The notes under the pieces are model-generated. The model ran no database searches and had not been told where the DNA came from. It saw only the letters and a program-made list of their open reading frames with translations. Position numbers and translations under genes: made by a program. A stretch of DNA of 63,995 nt, counting the filler, from Circinaria calcarea (lineage: Eukaryota): the NCBI GenBank assembly GCA_051942165.1. It is 3 parts of 3 records of this genome, joined end to end, with 100 filler letters (N's around TTAATTAATTAA, not from the genome) between each part and the next. Parts side by side here need not be neighbours in the genome. Positions count along the whole stretch, not along the records: positions 1 to 22,011 come from JAVECS010000134.1; 2 more parts are not named here. One strand, given 5' to 3'. The first letter of the stretch is position 1, and the number at the start of each line of letters is the position of its first letter. Below, in pieces: positions 1-12,089 of this stretch.

Positions 1-108
1 GGGGAAGGGCAGGTAGAGGAGTTGGCCGTAGGTGCCGGTTACGGTGGTGGTGAGGGTTGCGGTGCTGGTGGCGGCGTAGACGGTGGGATTGAGGCTGAGG
101 GCGGCCAT
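1..108 (-). CDS. 5' end of a hypothetical Thr-rich protein, truncated by the window edge (MAALSLNPTVYAATSTATLTTTVTGTYGQLLYLPFP...)
   Basis: ATG at 108 in aaaATGg context. The frame is open to the window edge with strongly C-ending codons. Confidence 0.5.
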   Translation of the reverse strand, partial: MAALSLNPTVYAATSTATLTTTVTGTYGQLLYLPFP

Positions 109-974
109 TTTTCTTTTTTTCCCTTCTTTTCTTTTTCTCGGACAGGGGGGGGGGGTGCTTGGCTCGGAGGATCTGGTTTGGGGTTTCTCAATTCTGGTTT
201 TGAAGCTCTAGTGGCGGGAGGTGCGGATGGGAATGTGAATGTAAAGGGACGAGCTGGATGGGAAACGAGTGTCTACGGGTTGAGCGGAAGACGGACGAGA
301 AATGTTACATGCCCAGAATGAAACCCAAAGGAAGAGTCTACCCGGCCACTGTGTCGTGTCGTATCTTGTCGTGTGCTGTGCGTTACAGTATACTGTGCAG
401 TGTATCTTTGACTTCTCCCTTCTGTCTGTGAAAAACTCTACGTGATGACTCTACCGACGCTCCAGACCCAGGACCCAGATCCAAACTGGTCAGACCCAGT
501 GAATGAAAGAGAGACTGCTATGGCCACAAACCGTGAATTGGGGCGGGAAAACCTAATACACCCCATTCCACACAGCCCCCATTCCACAATTCACAATCTC
601 ACAATTCACACTTGGGGCAAAAAGAGGGGAGAAACAAGAGCCTAATCATCTAGATAGACGGGTAGCGGGGGGATTTCTGTTTCTTTCAACACCTTTTCAA
701 TCATAAACTAATCGTAGTTGCCCCCCTTTGGTTTCCCCTTGGCCTTTTTCACCAGCTAGCTGTACTAGGCTTCTCCTCTCTCTCTCACGTAGCGAGCCCA
801 TAGTTATGGCCACCAGAGATAGAAAAAAGACACACACCATTACTACGAACAGGGAGAGTTTGAAGGGGAAAAGAAAGAGTCCACGCCCACGGACAGAAAC
901 GCACGCACGGGCCACACCAAACCCCCTTTGGCTTCCTTCCCTTTTCCTCCCTCCCCATCTCTATCCACGTGTAC

Positions 975-1205
975 TCAGGCAACAGCCGCTGGGGCCGGGA
1001 CAGCCGGAGCAGGAGCCACGGCCGGAGCAGGGGCAGGGGCAGCTGGAGCACGGTTCTGCAGCTCATAGGCCAGCTGGTCGGCGTAGTCGAGCTGCGAGAG
1101 GCGCAGCTCCTCCTGACAGATGTGCTTCCAGACCAGCCAGACAATGAAGACGAAGACAGGGCCGAGCAGGAAGAGGAGGAGGACGATGGTGCCGGCGGCG
1201 TTCAT
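975..1205 (-). CDS. 76-aa single-pass membrane microprotein with Ala/Pro-rich C-terminal tail
   Basis: ATG at 1205 (caacATG), hydrophobic stretch TIVLLLFLLGPVFVFIVWLVW and GC3-rich codons. A putative 5'UTR intron lies at 1333-1245 (GTAAGG...CTAAC...CAG). Confidence 0.65.
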   Translation of the reverse strand: MNAAGTIVLLLFLLGPVFVFIVWLVWKHICQEELRLSQLDYADQLAYELQNRAPAAPAPAPAVAPAPAVPAPAAVA

Positions 1206-1558
1206 GTTGAAATGGGAATTTTTGGAAGGGGAGATGTCTGCGTGCTGTGATGGTTGGAGGGTTTGGTTAGTTGTTATTATTGTGCAAATGCAGGGCGAGT
1301 AGGGTAAGGTGCCACGGGCGAGTGTCTCCTTACGTGTTGCGGTAGGTTTTGGTGGCGGATTTGGAGTGAGGAGTTTTTGGGGTGTAGAGAGTTGTCTATA
1401 CGGATGATTAGGAAATCCACAGGTGAGAGGTGTCAATCTCTTACGCTGTAGGGTGATTGCAAAGGTAAAAGTTGTGGAGAGGATGTGGTGGTTGTGGAGT
1501 GGGTAAACACCGCGTTGGATGAAGATATATACAAACCAGAAACAGTCCGCAGATCGCT

Positions 1559-4500
1559 TTAGTGCGATTTCCGTAACGTCTCCTGGATCCTGCGTAACCA
1601 GATCATATGTACTGCTGTAGCCCCTCCGACTTTGTTAAATTCCTCTAGAATATTCCGTACTTCATCATATTTAGAAATACCAACTCCATTACCTGCCCAG
1701 TGCATCACAGCCTGTGCCCCTAGGATAACACGCATTCCCAGAGTGAAAACCGCAGGCTTTGACGTCCACCCCAGTGGACCGTCAGTTTCACTGCTTGCAG
1801 CGTTAGATAGGACTTCAAGTCCATGCAGGACCCAAGCTTCGACTTGAGATGCTACCGCCGGAGGTATGGCGGTGGAAGCTAAACTTTGCAGAATCGAGGC
1901 CCATTGCTCTGCATCGTCGACGTCGTCTTTGAAGAGATTCTGCTTCTCCTCAACGAACAGAGTCGTGTCTTCCCGTCCCAGCTCTTGAAGCAGCGTGTCA
2001 ACAGGAAGGAGCTCTAGGTCTGTATCATCACCCAAAGAATCCCAGCGTCCATCTTGATTGGCAACTGATAGTGTGCCCGTCAGTCGTCGCACAGCTTCGA
2101 CACACAAAGCTACCGAGTCGGCATAATTTGATCTTATGAAGCTCAGAAGCCTAGATTTTGCTGCCAGGGGCATAATAGATAACTTCTGCATATCTTCAGT
2201 ATCAGTCCCCAACGCAGGATCTGACAAAATCCATGACACTATCGAAGCTCCGTGGTCTCGAACATCCTCGTCATCATCCACTAATACATCATAGATGGTC
2301 AAATGTACACCGAGGAGACCGGAGTCATTTGAAGGAGCTGAGCTGGGTCGCCGTAACGCTACTTGGAAGCTTGTTAGTGAAGACACTGCGGCTAAACGGG
2401 TCGACAGACTCTGATTGCTTCCGTTAGCTAACAGTCTACTCGCAAGGTCTTAAGGGAGACTCACCGCTCGTTCCCCGACAGCCAGTCTCAGCATACGAAT
2501 CCACCTTTCAACCTTCCTTCTGGTCGTCGCCTGGTATGCTTTACCGCTTTGATATTCTTGAGCAAGAGTAATGCCGTACAGCTCGAGGGCCAAGTTCATC
2601 ATTGTCAAGGATGGCATGGAACCAGTGGAATCATCTTGGACGTCAGCAAGCAGACTGGCAATCCTACCATACATTGGGGAGCCCTCTTCGAACTGGCTAT
2701 GTGGCATGTGTCGAGTTGGTAGCATGGCGAGGTGTTGAGAATTTACCATGCGGTCCATCGCGAGAGCCTTTACACGGTGATCCGATGAGCGCTTGGCAAT
2801 TGTTATTAGAGTGTCCATGCTCAATCGTGCTGAGGAATTGGCTACTATCATTGCCAAGGCAGGATCTTCACAGTCTATAAGGTCAGAAATAACCCCAGAA
2901 ATACCACTCTTATCATAGTGGGTTAAGTCACTTTCGGGTGGAAGAAGGGAGAGAATAACTGCCAGTGGTCCTATTAGGAGATCCAAGGCATCACTCCTGC
3001 AAAAAGTCCTGTGCGGATGAACCGGTTGCAGTGCCTGCTGCCATTTGTGCACAAGTTTACCGCGGAGAAGTTCCGTGTGCTCTGACAAGGTTGGGCCTTC
3101 GGAACGTTAGCACGAGTACGTTGTCCAAGGTCGGCCAACGCTATACTTCTTGGATCCACAGATGCGTCGACTACGAAGGCAAGAATATCGAGATATGTGG
3201 CAGTAGTGAAGGGACATGGATTGATCATTACCAAGTATTCGAAATGTGGTATAAGTAGGTGAAGCATAAATTCAGAGTATGCTACACAGCGTCAGCCGGT
3301 CAGTGATGAAAGCCTTGTTAGGAAGTACTTATCAACTCACCTAGATCTCGTCGATCTTTCTTAATAACCAATTGTTTCAAGCAAAGGAGCCTTCCATGCA
3401 ATGCGTTTTGAGATGGTCTATGGGACTCCGAAAGGAGCTGGATGTCCTTCACAATCGTCTGCTCGTCAACCAAGAAACTTAGCGTTACGGCAGCCTTTTC
3501 TCGTAAGGCCCAGAGAGGGCTATCAAGCTGTTTCATGAGAAGACTTATGGTGGAACTTCTGTGATCAGTCGGTAACCCGAATTTATCAATGATCTCCATA
3601 GCAGCAAACACAATTTGAAATCGCCGCGATTTGCTGATAGGTGGCGCAGGTGATGAACTCGATCTATGCCCATGAAGGTGTGGCACATCGTCACTTTGGA
3701 GCAAATGCACCACTAATTTCGACAGGCTTGGGTACTTATCATGCACCGATGACGAGAAGCAGCGACTACCTCCTTTCTTCTGACTGGGGTCTGCACCGTT
3801 TCCACGACTCAATCGGACGAGCAGTGCCTTTAGTAGCATCAAACCACAATTTCGAATCGCCCACCTATAAGGCTTAGTCGAGAAACATAACATTATCACC
3901 ACGAACCCTCGGTGGACTTACATATGGCTCTCCAAGCACTCGATCGCTATCTCCAGTGTCGTTGCTAGATGCGGCTCTGTAGCGGGGCCTAAAACTGTTG
4001 AGGTGAAAACGTCTTTCATACAGTTTAGAGCGTGGACTTGAGGCAGCCGAAGCTCTTCCGTACCCGGGGTACTGGGGACTGAAGCATCTGCGATAGCTTG
4101 AAGGTCAAGGATAGCATTTTCAAAGAACGTCCCTCCAGGATATCCTGCAAGGATGCTGGTGATTATAGCTGGCAAGCCCGCAGATCGCCGTGTAAGCGCT
4201 GAAGCTTTCTCCTGAATACACAAGAGAAATTCCTAATGCGAGTCAGCATAGGAAAGATAGCTATGAGGAAGAATTTACCATACCTCATACCAGCGTCTAG
4301 GAAGGTTTGCGATGGATGGATCGCTCGACTTAGCACAATAGACACAGCATGCGGAAAAGGTCTGCGAGACAGTGGAAAATGCACCCCGATGGCGTAGCTC
4401 TGCCAATTGATTGAAAGCAAGACCGCCTAATCTCAGAAGATCGTCATACAACAGGTTATAGCCAGGTATATTCGGAGCATAGCCTGGGCTCGTGAGAATA

Positions 4501-7113
4501 GCATGCATCAAAGAACTTGGGATCATCTATTAGCTGATAGGCACAAATATCAAGAGAGCGATTGCGAACCTTGCTTCTTTTAAAGCTCGCCACGAGAAAG
4601 AAAGAGTATCCTTGACATCGACACTCAAACCGTCATCTTCAGGATCATCCAAATCATGTCCTTCCGGAGAATCAAAGCACAGCACGTCCTTAACGACACC
4701 CCAAACCTTCTCGCAGTTGTCGAGCAGCTGATTGTGGAAGTATTTCCATTGGCCCTGATCATCAACATCGTGCCGAGCCATAGAGACTGCAAAATCCGGA
4801 CAGCTCACAATATACCTATGAATTTCGCAGCAGTCAGTAACTTTAGAAATTCTGCCGAGAGGCTACGAAGCATTGATTATACCTCAGCGCAATGAGACGC
4901 CCATGTAATGGCGCGGTAGTTACAGCCATGCGCAAATTTTCCTGTGCTATCATGATATCTTTCTCCAGTTCTGAGATCAAAGCTTTTCTAACCTCACTTC
5001 TCTGGCTGCTCACCACATTCGGATCATTGTTATCAAGAAAGTAACATCTATACGTGAGGTCATAGAGCCTACCCACACCATCCGCAAAATCTGCACGACC
5101 GGTACGATACATTAACCGCTCCGCTCGAGTCAACGCAAGGGATAGCACTTGATGATCCATGGTGATATGGGCTCTTTGGTCTGTTTCGCCAGATACCAAG
5201 TCATGTCCCCTTCTCGTTGGGTTGTTGGGACTCGATACACCCAAAGAAGGGAAATCTTTGAGTATTCCGGCGGCCATCCCCCGTACATCATCGAACGGAT
5301 CCATTACTAAGTCTAGCAACAGCCGAGCCAGATCTTTGGTTGTCTATTACGTTTAGTCGTGTTGTATATGCGATACTAGGGCCCCTTACCTGAAGATAAC
5401 TGCTTTGAGTAACTTGTTTCATGTTCTGTAGGATTTTCAATGCTGTAATATGCCTTTGATAAGAGGCAGTCGGTTGCAATTCGCCAGAAAGATATTCAAG
5501 ATACCAACTCAAGAATGATATATGCTGACTAAGATTCTCCTGATGGTCGTCATGAGAAAGATCTCCTGATTCACTGGATCCTCTAAGTTTGTCTTGACTT
5601 TGGGTAATTCCTGTGTGGGGATCTAAAAATTTACGCAAACGAAAGATTGCAGCCTGGAGGCGAGCTATCAGGGCCTTAATGCTACTTATGAACTCACCCC
5701 TGATCTTCGGATCAGACTCCCCATGGAACATCGGCAGATTCTGACGCAAACAGTGGAGGAGTTCGGGAGTGAAAGATTTAGTCGACGAGGGTGAATAGAT
5801 AAGAGTTGACAATACTGCTATCCTGACGCTCGGCGATGCATGTACAAGAAAACTCGAGGGAACAATCTGACAATGACATTGGAACAAGGTCGGATGACCA
5901 TGAGAAGCAAGCTCATCTACGCTCTTATCAGCATCTTTGAAAATGCAGAGGGTTGGAAGTACACACTAAGAACCTGGAGAAAATCTGATCCCTGAATGAG
6001 CCGAATCACTAGGAGGCACAAAAGTATATCCTTTTCTGTGAGATGACCGGTTCTTCCTGATTGTAAGGCCCCAAATGGTAAGTTTCTGATAAAATTTGAA
6101 GTGTCGGAGTAATCCAGGCGCAGCAGATCAGGGAGAACGTGATGCTGAATAGCCTCCATAAGGTTGGGATGGTCATTCAAAACCCGTTGAATCGGTGCTG
6201 CCCATAAAGGCAAACCAGCCTCCACAACGTTAGCGGACTTATCTCGATCGTCCGCTTCTTTCAAGGATTTGAATGAATAATAGAGCAAACGCCCAGCTGC
6301 CGGTGCGGCATCAGCATAATGGAGCCATTGGAGTATCTTATATACAAACCCGTCAACGCGGTTTTGCGGTAAGACCTTCGGACTTGATGAATTACCATGA
6401 GTCCACAGTTCTGCTGAGCCCAGAAGGTAGGGTCTTACATCCAGGAGTTCATCACGTCGAGGAACTAAATCAAGGAGAATGGGAAAAGTGATGATTTTCT
6501 TGCTAAGAAACATTTCGAGGAGATGCATAGCGGCTTTAACAGAGGATGATTCATTATTCAGATAGATCAGAGATAAGCATTTGGAAATTGCGTTCTTCTT
6601 GATCCTAGCATGCTCCGGCATATGATACAATGATTTGACGAGCGTTAACAAGACTTGTCTCATTGGCTTAGGCTTTGCATCTCCCGATTTTTCCAAATAA
6701 ACCGAGAGTGTTCTATTCCAAACTTCAGGACTGAAGCAAGCAGCACGAAGTTTAGGGTCCTGGGAAGCAGCCCCTTGCTCTAGGAACCCATATAAAGCAT
6801 TGCAGGATGCTGTACGATGAGTAGAGGATAATTTGGGTTCCTCAGCAGTCTGCAATATCTTACTGAGGAGCAACACCAGCTCACTACCTGCAAATCAGTA
6901 CATGTATACATCCCAAGAGCTGGCGATACGGCTGTCATACTTTAAGGCAGGCTCGCCAAGATCGGCTTGGTTCTTGGGCATCAATGCCGAAAATCCTTTG
7001 CTTAGATTTCGAAGCTCAATTTCGCTAACTATCTCCTTCTTGACCAACATCATATCCAGGTTATTCTTAACATTGCTGGCGTCTTGAGGACCGAGTTCGT
7101 CGTCCGAGGCCAT
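1559..7113 (-). CDS. TRM732: THADA/Trm732-family armadillo-repeat tRNA 2'-O-methylation cofactor (DUF2428), multi-exon
   Basis: Chain of minus-strand ORFs joined by GT-AG introns. Family motifs include ELQPTASYQRHITALK, MDPFDDVR, DSPEG, SWRALKE, LRHRGAF, TRRSAGLP, PQVHALN and WAIRNCGLML. Confidence 0.9.
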
Positions 7114-7422
7114 ATTTGCGAACGTATCGGGCCATCATCATCAACATCCAAACGCAAAGGCTACCTGAGGGCTCTAGTGATATGCAGTGCTGTAGTAGAC
7201 AAACCTATGAAGTAGACTTGAGCATGAAAACAGAATCGTCTACATCTGTTACAAATAAATCCCTTAGACGATATCCTTCCCACTACGGCCATATGTACGA
7301 CCGACACCGGCATAAATTTCGTGGCGCATTAATGATTTTCTCGACTGCTCCAAGCCCTGAATATCGAATTTCTCTCAAGGCCCTTTCTTCTGCTGACATA
7401 CTCTAATTTTCTTTAACTCACC

Positions 7423-8153
7423 ATGTCCTTCTGGGAATCACTTGTAGGACGAAAGCCATCATCTACCTCGTCTTCCCCTTCCTCCTCTGAGAACCTTCAA
7501 GACACAGCCCCATCCACCACCTTCCAAAGCTCCGCCTACGATCCATCCACCGTCCAAGACGTCTCTTCCTTTCTCGGGGGCTCCTCCCTTCCTGATCCCG
7601 CACAGCTACATCCCCTTGCCGGCCTCAACCAATCGACGTTAGACTACCTCTCCCTCGAAGAGTCCGCCCTCTCTGATCTCCCCGGTTCGCGATCTGCCTT
7701 ACCGTCACGAGGCTGGTCGGATGATCTGTGCTATGGAACCGGTGTCACATATCTGACAGCGCTGACAGTCGGCGGGGCATGGGGACTGGTAGAAGGATTG
7801 AATCGATCGCCGGCCAGCGCGCCGCCGAAGTTACGCTTGAACTCGGTGCTGAACTCGGTGACGAGAAGGGGCCCCTTCCTTGGGAACTCGGCGGGGGTCA
7901 TCGCGCTGGTATACAACGGTATCAACTCGACCATCGGCTATTACAGGGGAAAGCATGATTCGGCAAACAGTATTGCCGCAGGGGCGCTGAGTGGAATGCT
8001 GTTCAAGAGCACAAGGGGATTGAGGCCGATGATGATATCTGGGGGTTTAGTAGCCGCAACAGCTGGAGCATGGGCGGTAAGCTTCCATACTGTTATTCAA
8101 TCTGTAGCATTGCTAATAGGTAGATCTAGGTTACGAGGAGAGCACTTTTCTAA
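7423..8153 (+). CDS. TIM23: Mitochondrial inner-membrane translocase subunit Tim23
   Basis: Motifs PSRGWSDDLCYGTG, KLRLNSVLNSVTRRGPFLGNSAG and RGKHD. Intron 8077-8129 gives the C-terminus VTRRALF*. Confidence 0.95.
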
Positions 8154-8912
8154 TTCCACACCATCGAACCGCATTCGACCCCCTTCTGCATCTGAGCCTT
8201 ACAAAGTAGCCATCCTCGATGTTTCCATATGCGGAGATTATAGAGGCTCAAGGATCTTAGCTTTCTGATACTTAGCGATACTGCATCTTTGATATGCTGT
8301 GGGTTGCCCCTAGCGTGGCTTACGGGGATTTTACTCTCCTCCTGGATTTTGGTACTGTTTTTAATTTCTGTAATATATTGGGCATAGGATTAGAAAAATG
8401 CCAAGGACGAGGGCTATGTGTAACTGAATGATCCTTGGAAGCCACTCTGGATGATTGGTATTCAATTAGACACATCAATTTATCTGAATGATAGATCATT
8501 TTTACTTCGTACTGGATTATCGATGCAATGAGCGTGAACTGTAGGTGATGTTTCTCGGAACAGCACTGAAAGCAAGTATCTGCGACGACAAGAAACAATA
8601 TCTAGGTCCTGAAGATTTTGAGGCCGAGTGCAAGAATTAGATTGCCACTCCATCAGGGTAAAATGCGACTGTCGCTTCCCGATCCACTGCTGTCGTGAAT
8701 TTACGTAAAGGGTAAACCTGTGGTTATCAAACGCACTCTTCGCCGAGAATAACGCAAGCCTAGCTCGAAAAAACATTGCTTGACGGAGCATTCGCCTTCG
8801 CCTTCTGTTCCTCCAATTTCATCTTTAGTCGTGCACACGTGACTTGAGCATCCTCGATACAACAAAAATACCCTCTAAGGTCGAGAAGACTCTACAGCTT
8901 TCTCATGTCAAG

Positions 8913-10119
8913 ATGGCAACAAACGATCCACCAAAGTCTCCCGGGAGACAACTGACACCCGACGATGTCATCTCCATCTGCATTGACCAATTGATGAACA
9001 TGGGCGAGATTGGGCTCAGCACAGAATGGCAGCCGGAGGATGTTGTTGCGGCCATTACCATAGATGATGCCATCCTTTCCAGCGCATCTCCTGGAAAAGC
9101 CGCTTTGTTGATGGGCCATCAGCCTACTGTCCTCAGCGTCTTGAGGGAAGAGGTGGACGCATGGAAGCGTGAGAGAGAGCTCACAAAGTGCATGTTAGCC
9201 GACATGCCTTTGATGCAGCGCACGATGGAGGTTGTGGAGCAGAGATTGCTGGCAGCAGGGATGAGCCAGAGCGATCTCGACAAGTATGAAAAAATCGGGT
9301 TGCGGGTCAAAGTGCGCTGGCTGTACGAGCTGCAAAATCTAAGGCTGCTGGCTCCTGAATATGTCCAACTGCGACTGTATAAAAGTTCCTCAGAGGGCAG
9401 AGAAGTGTCAACAATTCACCTACCGGTCAAAGGCACTCTAGCTGAGATTACAGCCATACTTAATAACCTATCACTTGTGGTAGATGATAAAGGGGAAACT
9501 GTCAACCTTGGAAGTGGGCCCTGGGTATATCAGCTCCTAGATAAGGAAGGTCGACCAAAACCCGGTCGCGAGTCATTGCGTACTGACGCAGATTATTATA
9601 ATCTGGTGAAACGAGTGCGCATGCCTGGATCTGCTACTCCATCTGCAGCCTTTTATCAGGTAGGTTTATGTTTTTTGGTTGGCAGTACTCCATTTCTGAC
9701 AAGGTTGCTAGAGATCTACCATGATATACCACTCGAGGGCCAAAAAAGAGAAGGAAGCCGAGGAAGCTGAGTACCTTGACGAGGACGGAAACATGTGTTT
9801 TGAACCTATAAACTGGGATACACTCTTCCGTACAACGTTTGGGGAGGTTGTGAATCCAGTGCCAGAAGGAGGGTCCCCGATGATGGAAATGCCAATACGA
9901 GCGTCCCCATATACGAAAATGCCAATGCAAGTGTCCCCCATGATGGAAATTCAGGCAAACAAGGCAGAACCAAGAGAGGAACCCACCAGAAGGAAGCTCA
10001 TCAACGGCGAAGCCAGATCCAGCGAGTGCAAAGACGATACGTCCAGAGATGACCAAACCCAGCCAGGCAAGCTCCAAGAAACCATCGGGACAGGTCGAAC
10101 CATCGAGGAGAAGCGCTAG
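8913..10119 (+). CDS. Hypothetical protein, two exons
   Basis: ATG at 8913. Intron 9660-9711 (GTAGGT...CTGAC...TAG) joins ORFs 8844-9770 and 9721-10119 in frame. No family recognised. Confidence 0.7.
9871..9953 (+). repeat. Coding minisatellite, about 2.8 x 30 bp (SPMMEMPIRA-like units)
   Basis: gggtccccgatgatggaaatgccaatacga / gcgtccccatatacgaaaatgccaatgcaa / gtgtcccccatgatggaaattca. Confidence 0.8.
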
Positions 10120-10891
10120 ATTGAAGTCTAGCGTTGATGGAACGGAAAAGTGATGGAGCACGATCCGCCAAGCAAATGACTAAGTGGTAAAAGGAATAAT
10201 TAGGACGTGTTGGGGGAAGCCAAAGGAAAGAATGTGGGATAGACAGTATGCTATTCGAACAACAGTGTTCTACCAGACAAGGGCTGGATCATGGAACGGC
10301 GGTGGTTGCACATTGCTGTCAGATTAGATCAAGTAATTTGGGCCATCACCGACTGATTTGGCAGTCCTCGAGCAGGCAGGCCAGCACGGCCATGCAGAAA
10401 CCACTGAAGACAGGAACATCCCAAGGCTCCTACAAGTCATGACTTTCCACCATGCAAGAGTCGCACATGGTCTGACACGATGCGCGCAGTCTTCGTAGCC
10501 TCTCGATTGATCATCACCCAGCGTGCAATGAGAAGGTGAAGGCTTTATTAGCCATGATGGAAGTTCAGCTCCATCAAGCGAAAGGCCGCTAATTACGCGT
10601 CCTTAGCGCCTTGAAGATCAACAAGGCCAAGTATTTTAAAACGTTCATATGAGTCGAGGATCCCCCGCGCGACCCGCAGACCCAAACCACGGAACTGCAT
10701 TTTCTTTTTATGCAAGATTTGCATTACTGCATAACCCCCTGCACAACTCCACATATCACGCTTATTGCATAATTAAAGTTTGGCCTCCTTAGGGTTTCTC
10801 TATGGTGACCAGGCAATTGTTGCCGGTGAATTAGACAATATCAATAGGTGACAACCTACTAAAAACAAATCTACCGTCCGACTCATTCACA

Positions 10892-11664
10892 ATGGACGGC
10901 GACACATATGCGCCACAATCACCCGATTTATCAGGACTTCAGTCCGCATACCAACCGAGTCATACATCAGCCTACTTCAGTCAGAATCCCCCAACCCAGA
11001 ACTCATATGCGCAACCGCCAACAAGCTACGCTCCGCAATCGCCTTTTAGCAACCCTGCTCCTTCTTCATATCCATCGAGTCGTTCTGCGGTAAAAACAAT
11101 GCCTCGTCGTAGCAGGCCAGAAGCCGAACTGGATGAGGAAGAGTGGGCTCCGGAGCCATCGACGAAGAAGGGTGGTAGGAGAAGTAAGAAGCAAAAGGTC
11201 GAGGAGGATTTCGGGAAGTCGGCACCCGGAGTGGACGAAGGCATCGAGGTGAAAACCAAATTCCCTGTGGCGAGGATAAAGCGAATCATGCAGGCGGATG
11301 AAGATGTCGGCAAAGTCGCTCAAGTCACGCCGACTGCTGTTTGTAAGTTTGTCCTTGAGATGGCCCATCATACATCGTTCTGACTTGTGAAATCCCGACA
11401 GCTAAAGCACTCGAGCTTTTCATGATCTCGCTAGTCACCAAAGCGGCCAATCAAGCAAGATCCAAGTCTGCGAAGAAGGTCACAGCAGCGCATCTCAAGC
11501 AGGTAGTAGAGAGAGACGAGCAATTTGATTTCCTGGCCGAAATCATATCCAAGGTACCAGATGCGCCTGCACCAAAGAAGGATGATGACAGCGAAGAGGC
11601 AGGAGAGGGCAAGAAGAGAAGAGGCGCTACCAGAAGAAAGAAGAAGAGCGACGACGAGGAATAA
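10892..11664 (+). CDS. BUR6: Negative cofactor 2 alpha subunit (DRAP1/Bur6, histone fold)
   Basis: [27 protein letters not shown]...[11 protein letters not shown]...EQFDFL. Intron 11343-11401. Confidence 0.92.
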
Positions 11665-12089
11665 CGAATGAATGATTATTGCATTCTTTCCAGACACCTA
11701 TTCTCATTGCTGGCGTATTTTGGGGATCAGCACTAGGAGACGGAATCTGGTGTAAGCCGTGTAGTCTGTTAATTACAGCATAGTCTGCAAATCGGGACTG
11801 TTTGCTGTCACCAAAATAGACCAATCTATCTCCACTACCTACATAGGTAGTCCCACTTTTACAATATTGATTGACGGCAGATGCGTAGTCTTTTCTTCAT
11901 TCCGTGCTTGTGACCGTACGGCAGAGCAGCAGAGAAAAATGGGGGGTTTCCTCATTCCTGACCTTGTAGAATGGGGCCTAGTACATTCTAGCATTCACAT
12001 TTGAACTTTAGTACATACATTAAAAGTTTTGGTATTTAGCTTATGGCCTCATTTGGCAGAAGCTATTTGACAAACACTATGCAATCATC

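Noticed and set aside
6884..6960. Possible GC donor for the first TRM732 intron
   Set aside because: A canonical GTATGA donor with a nearby TAG acceptor also restores the frame. It cannot be decided without reads.
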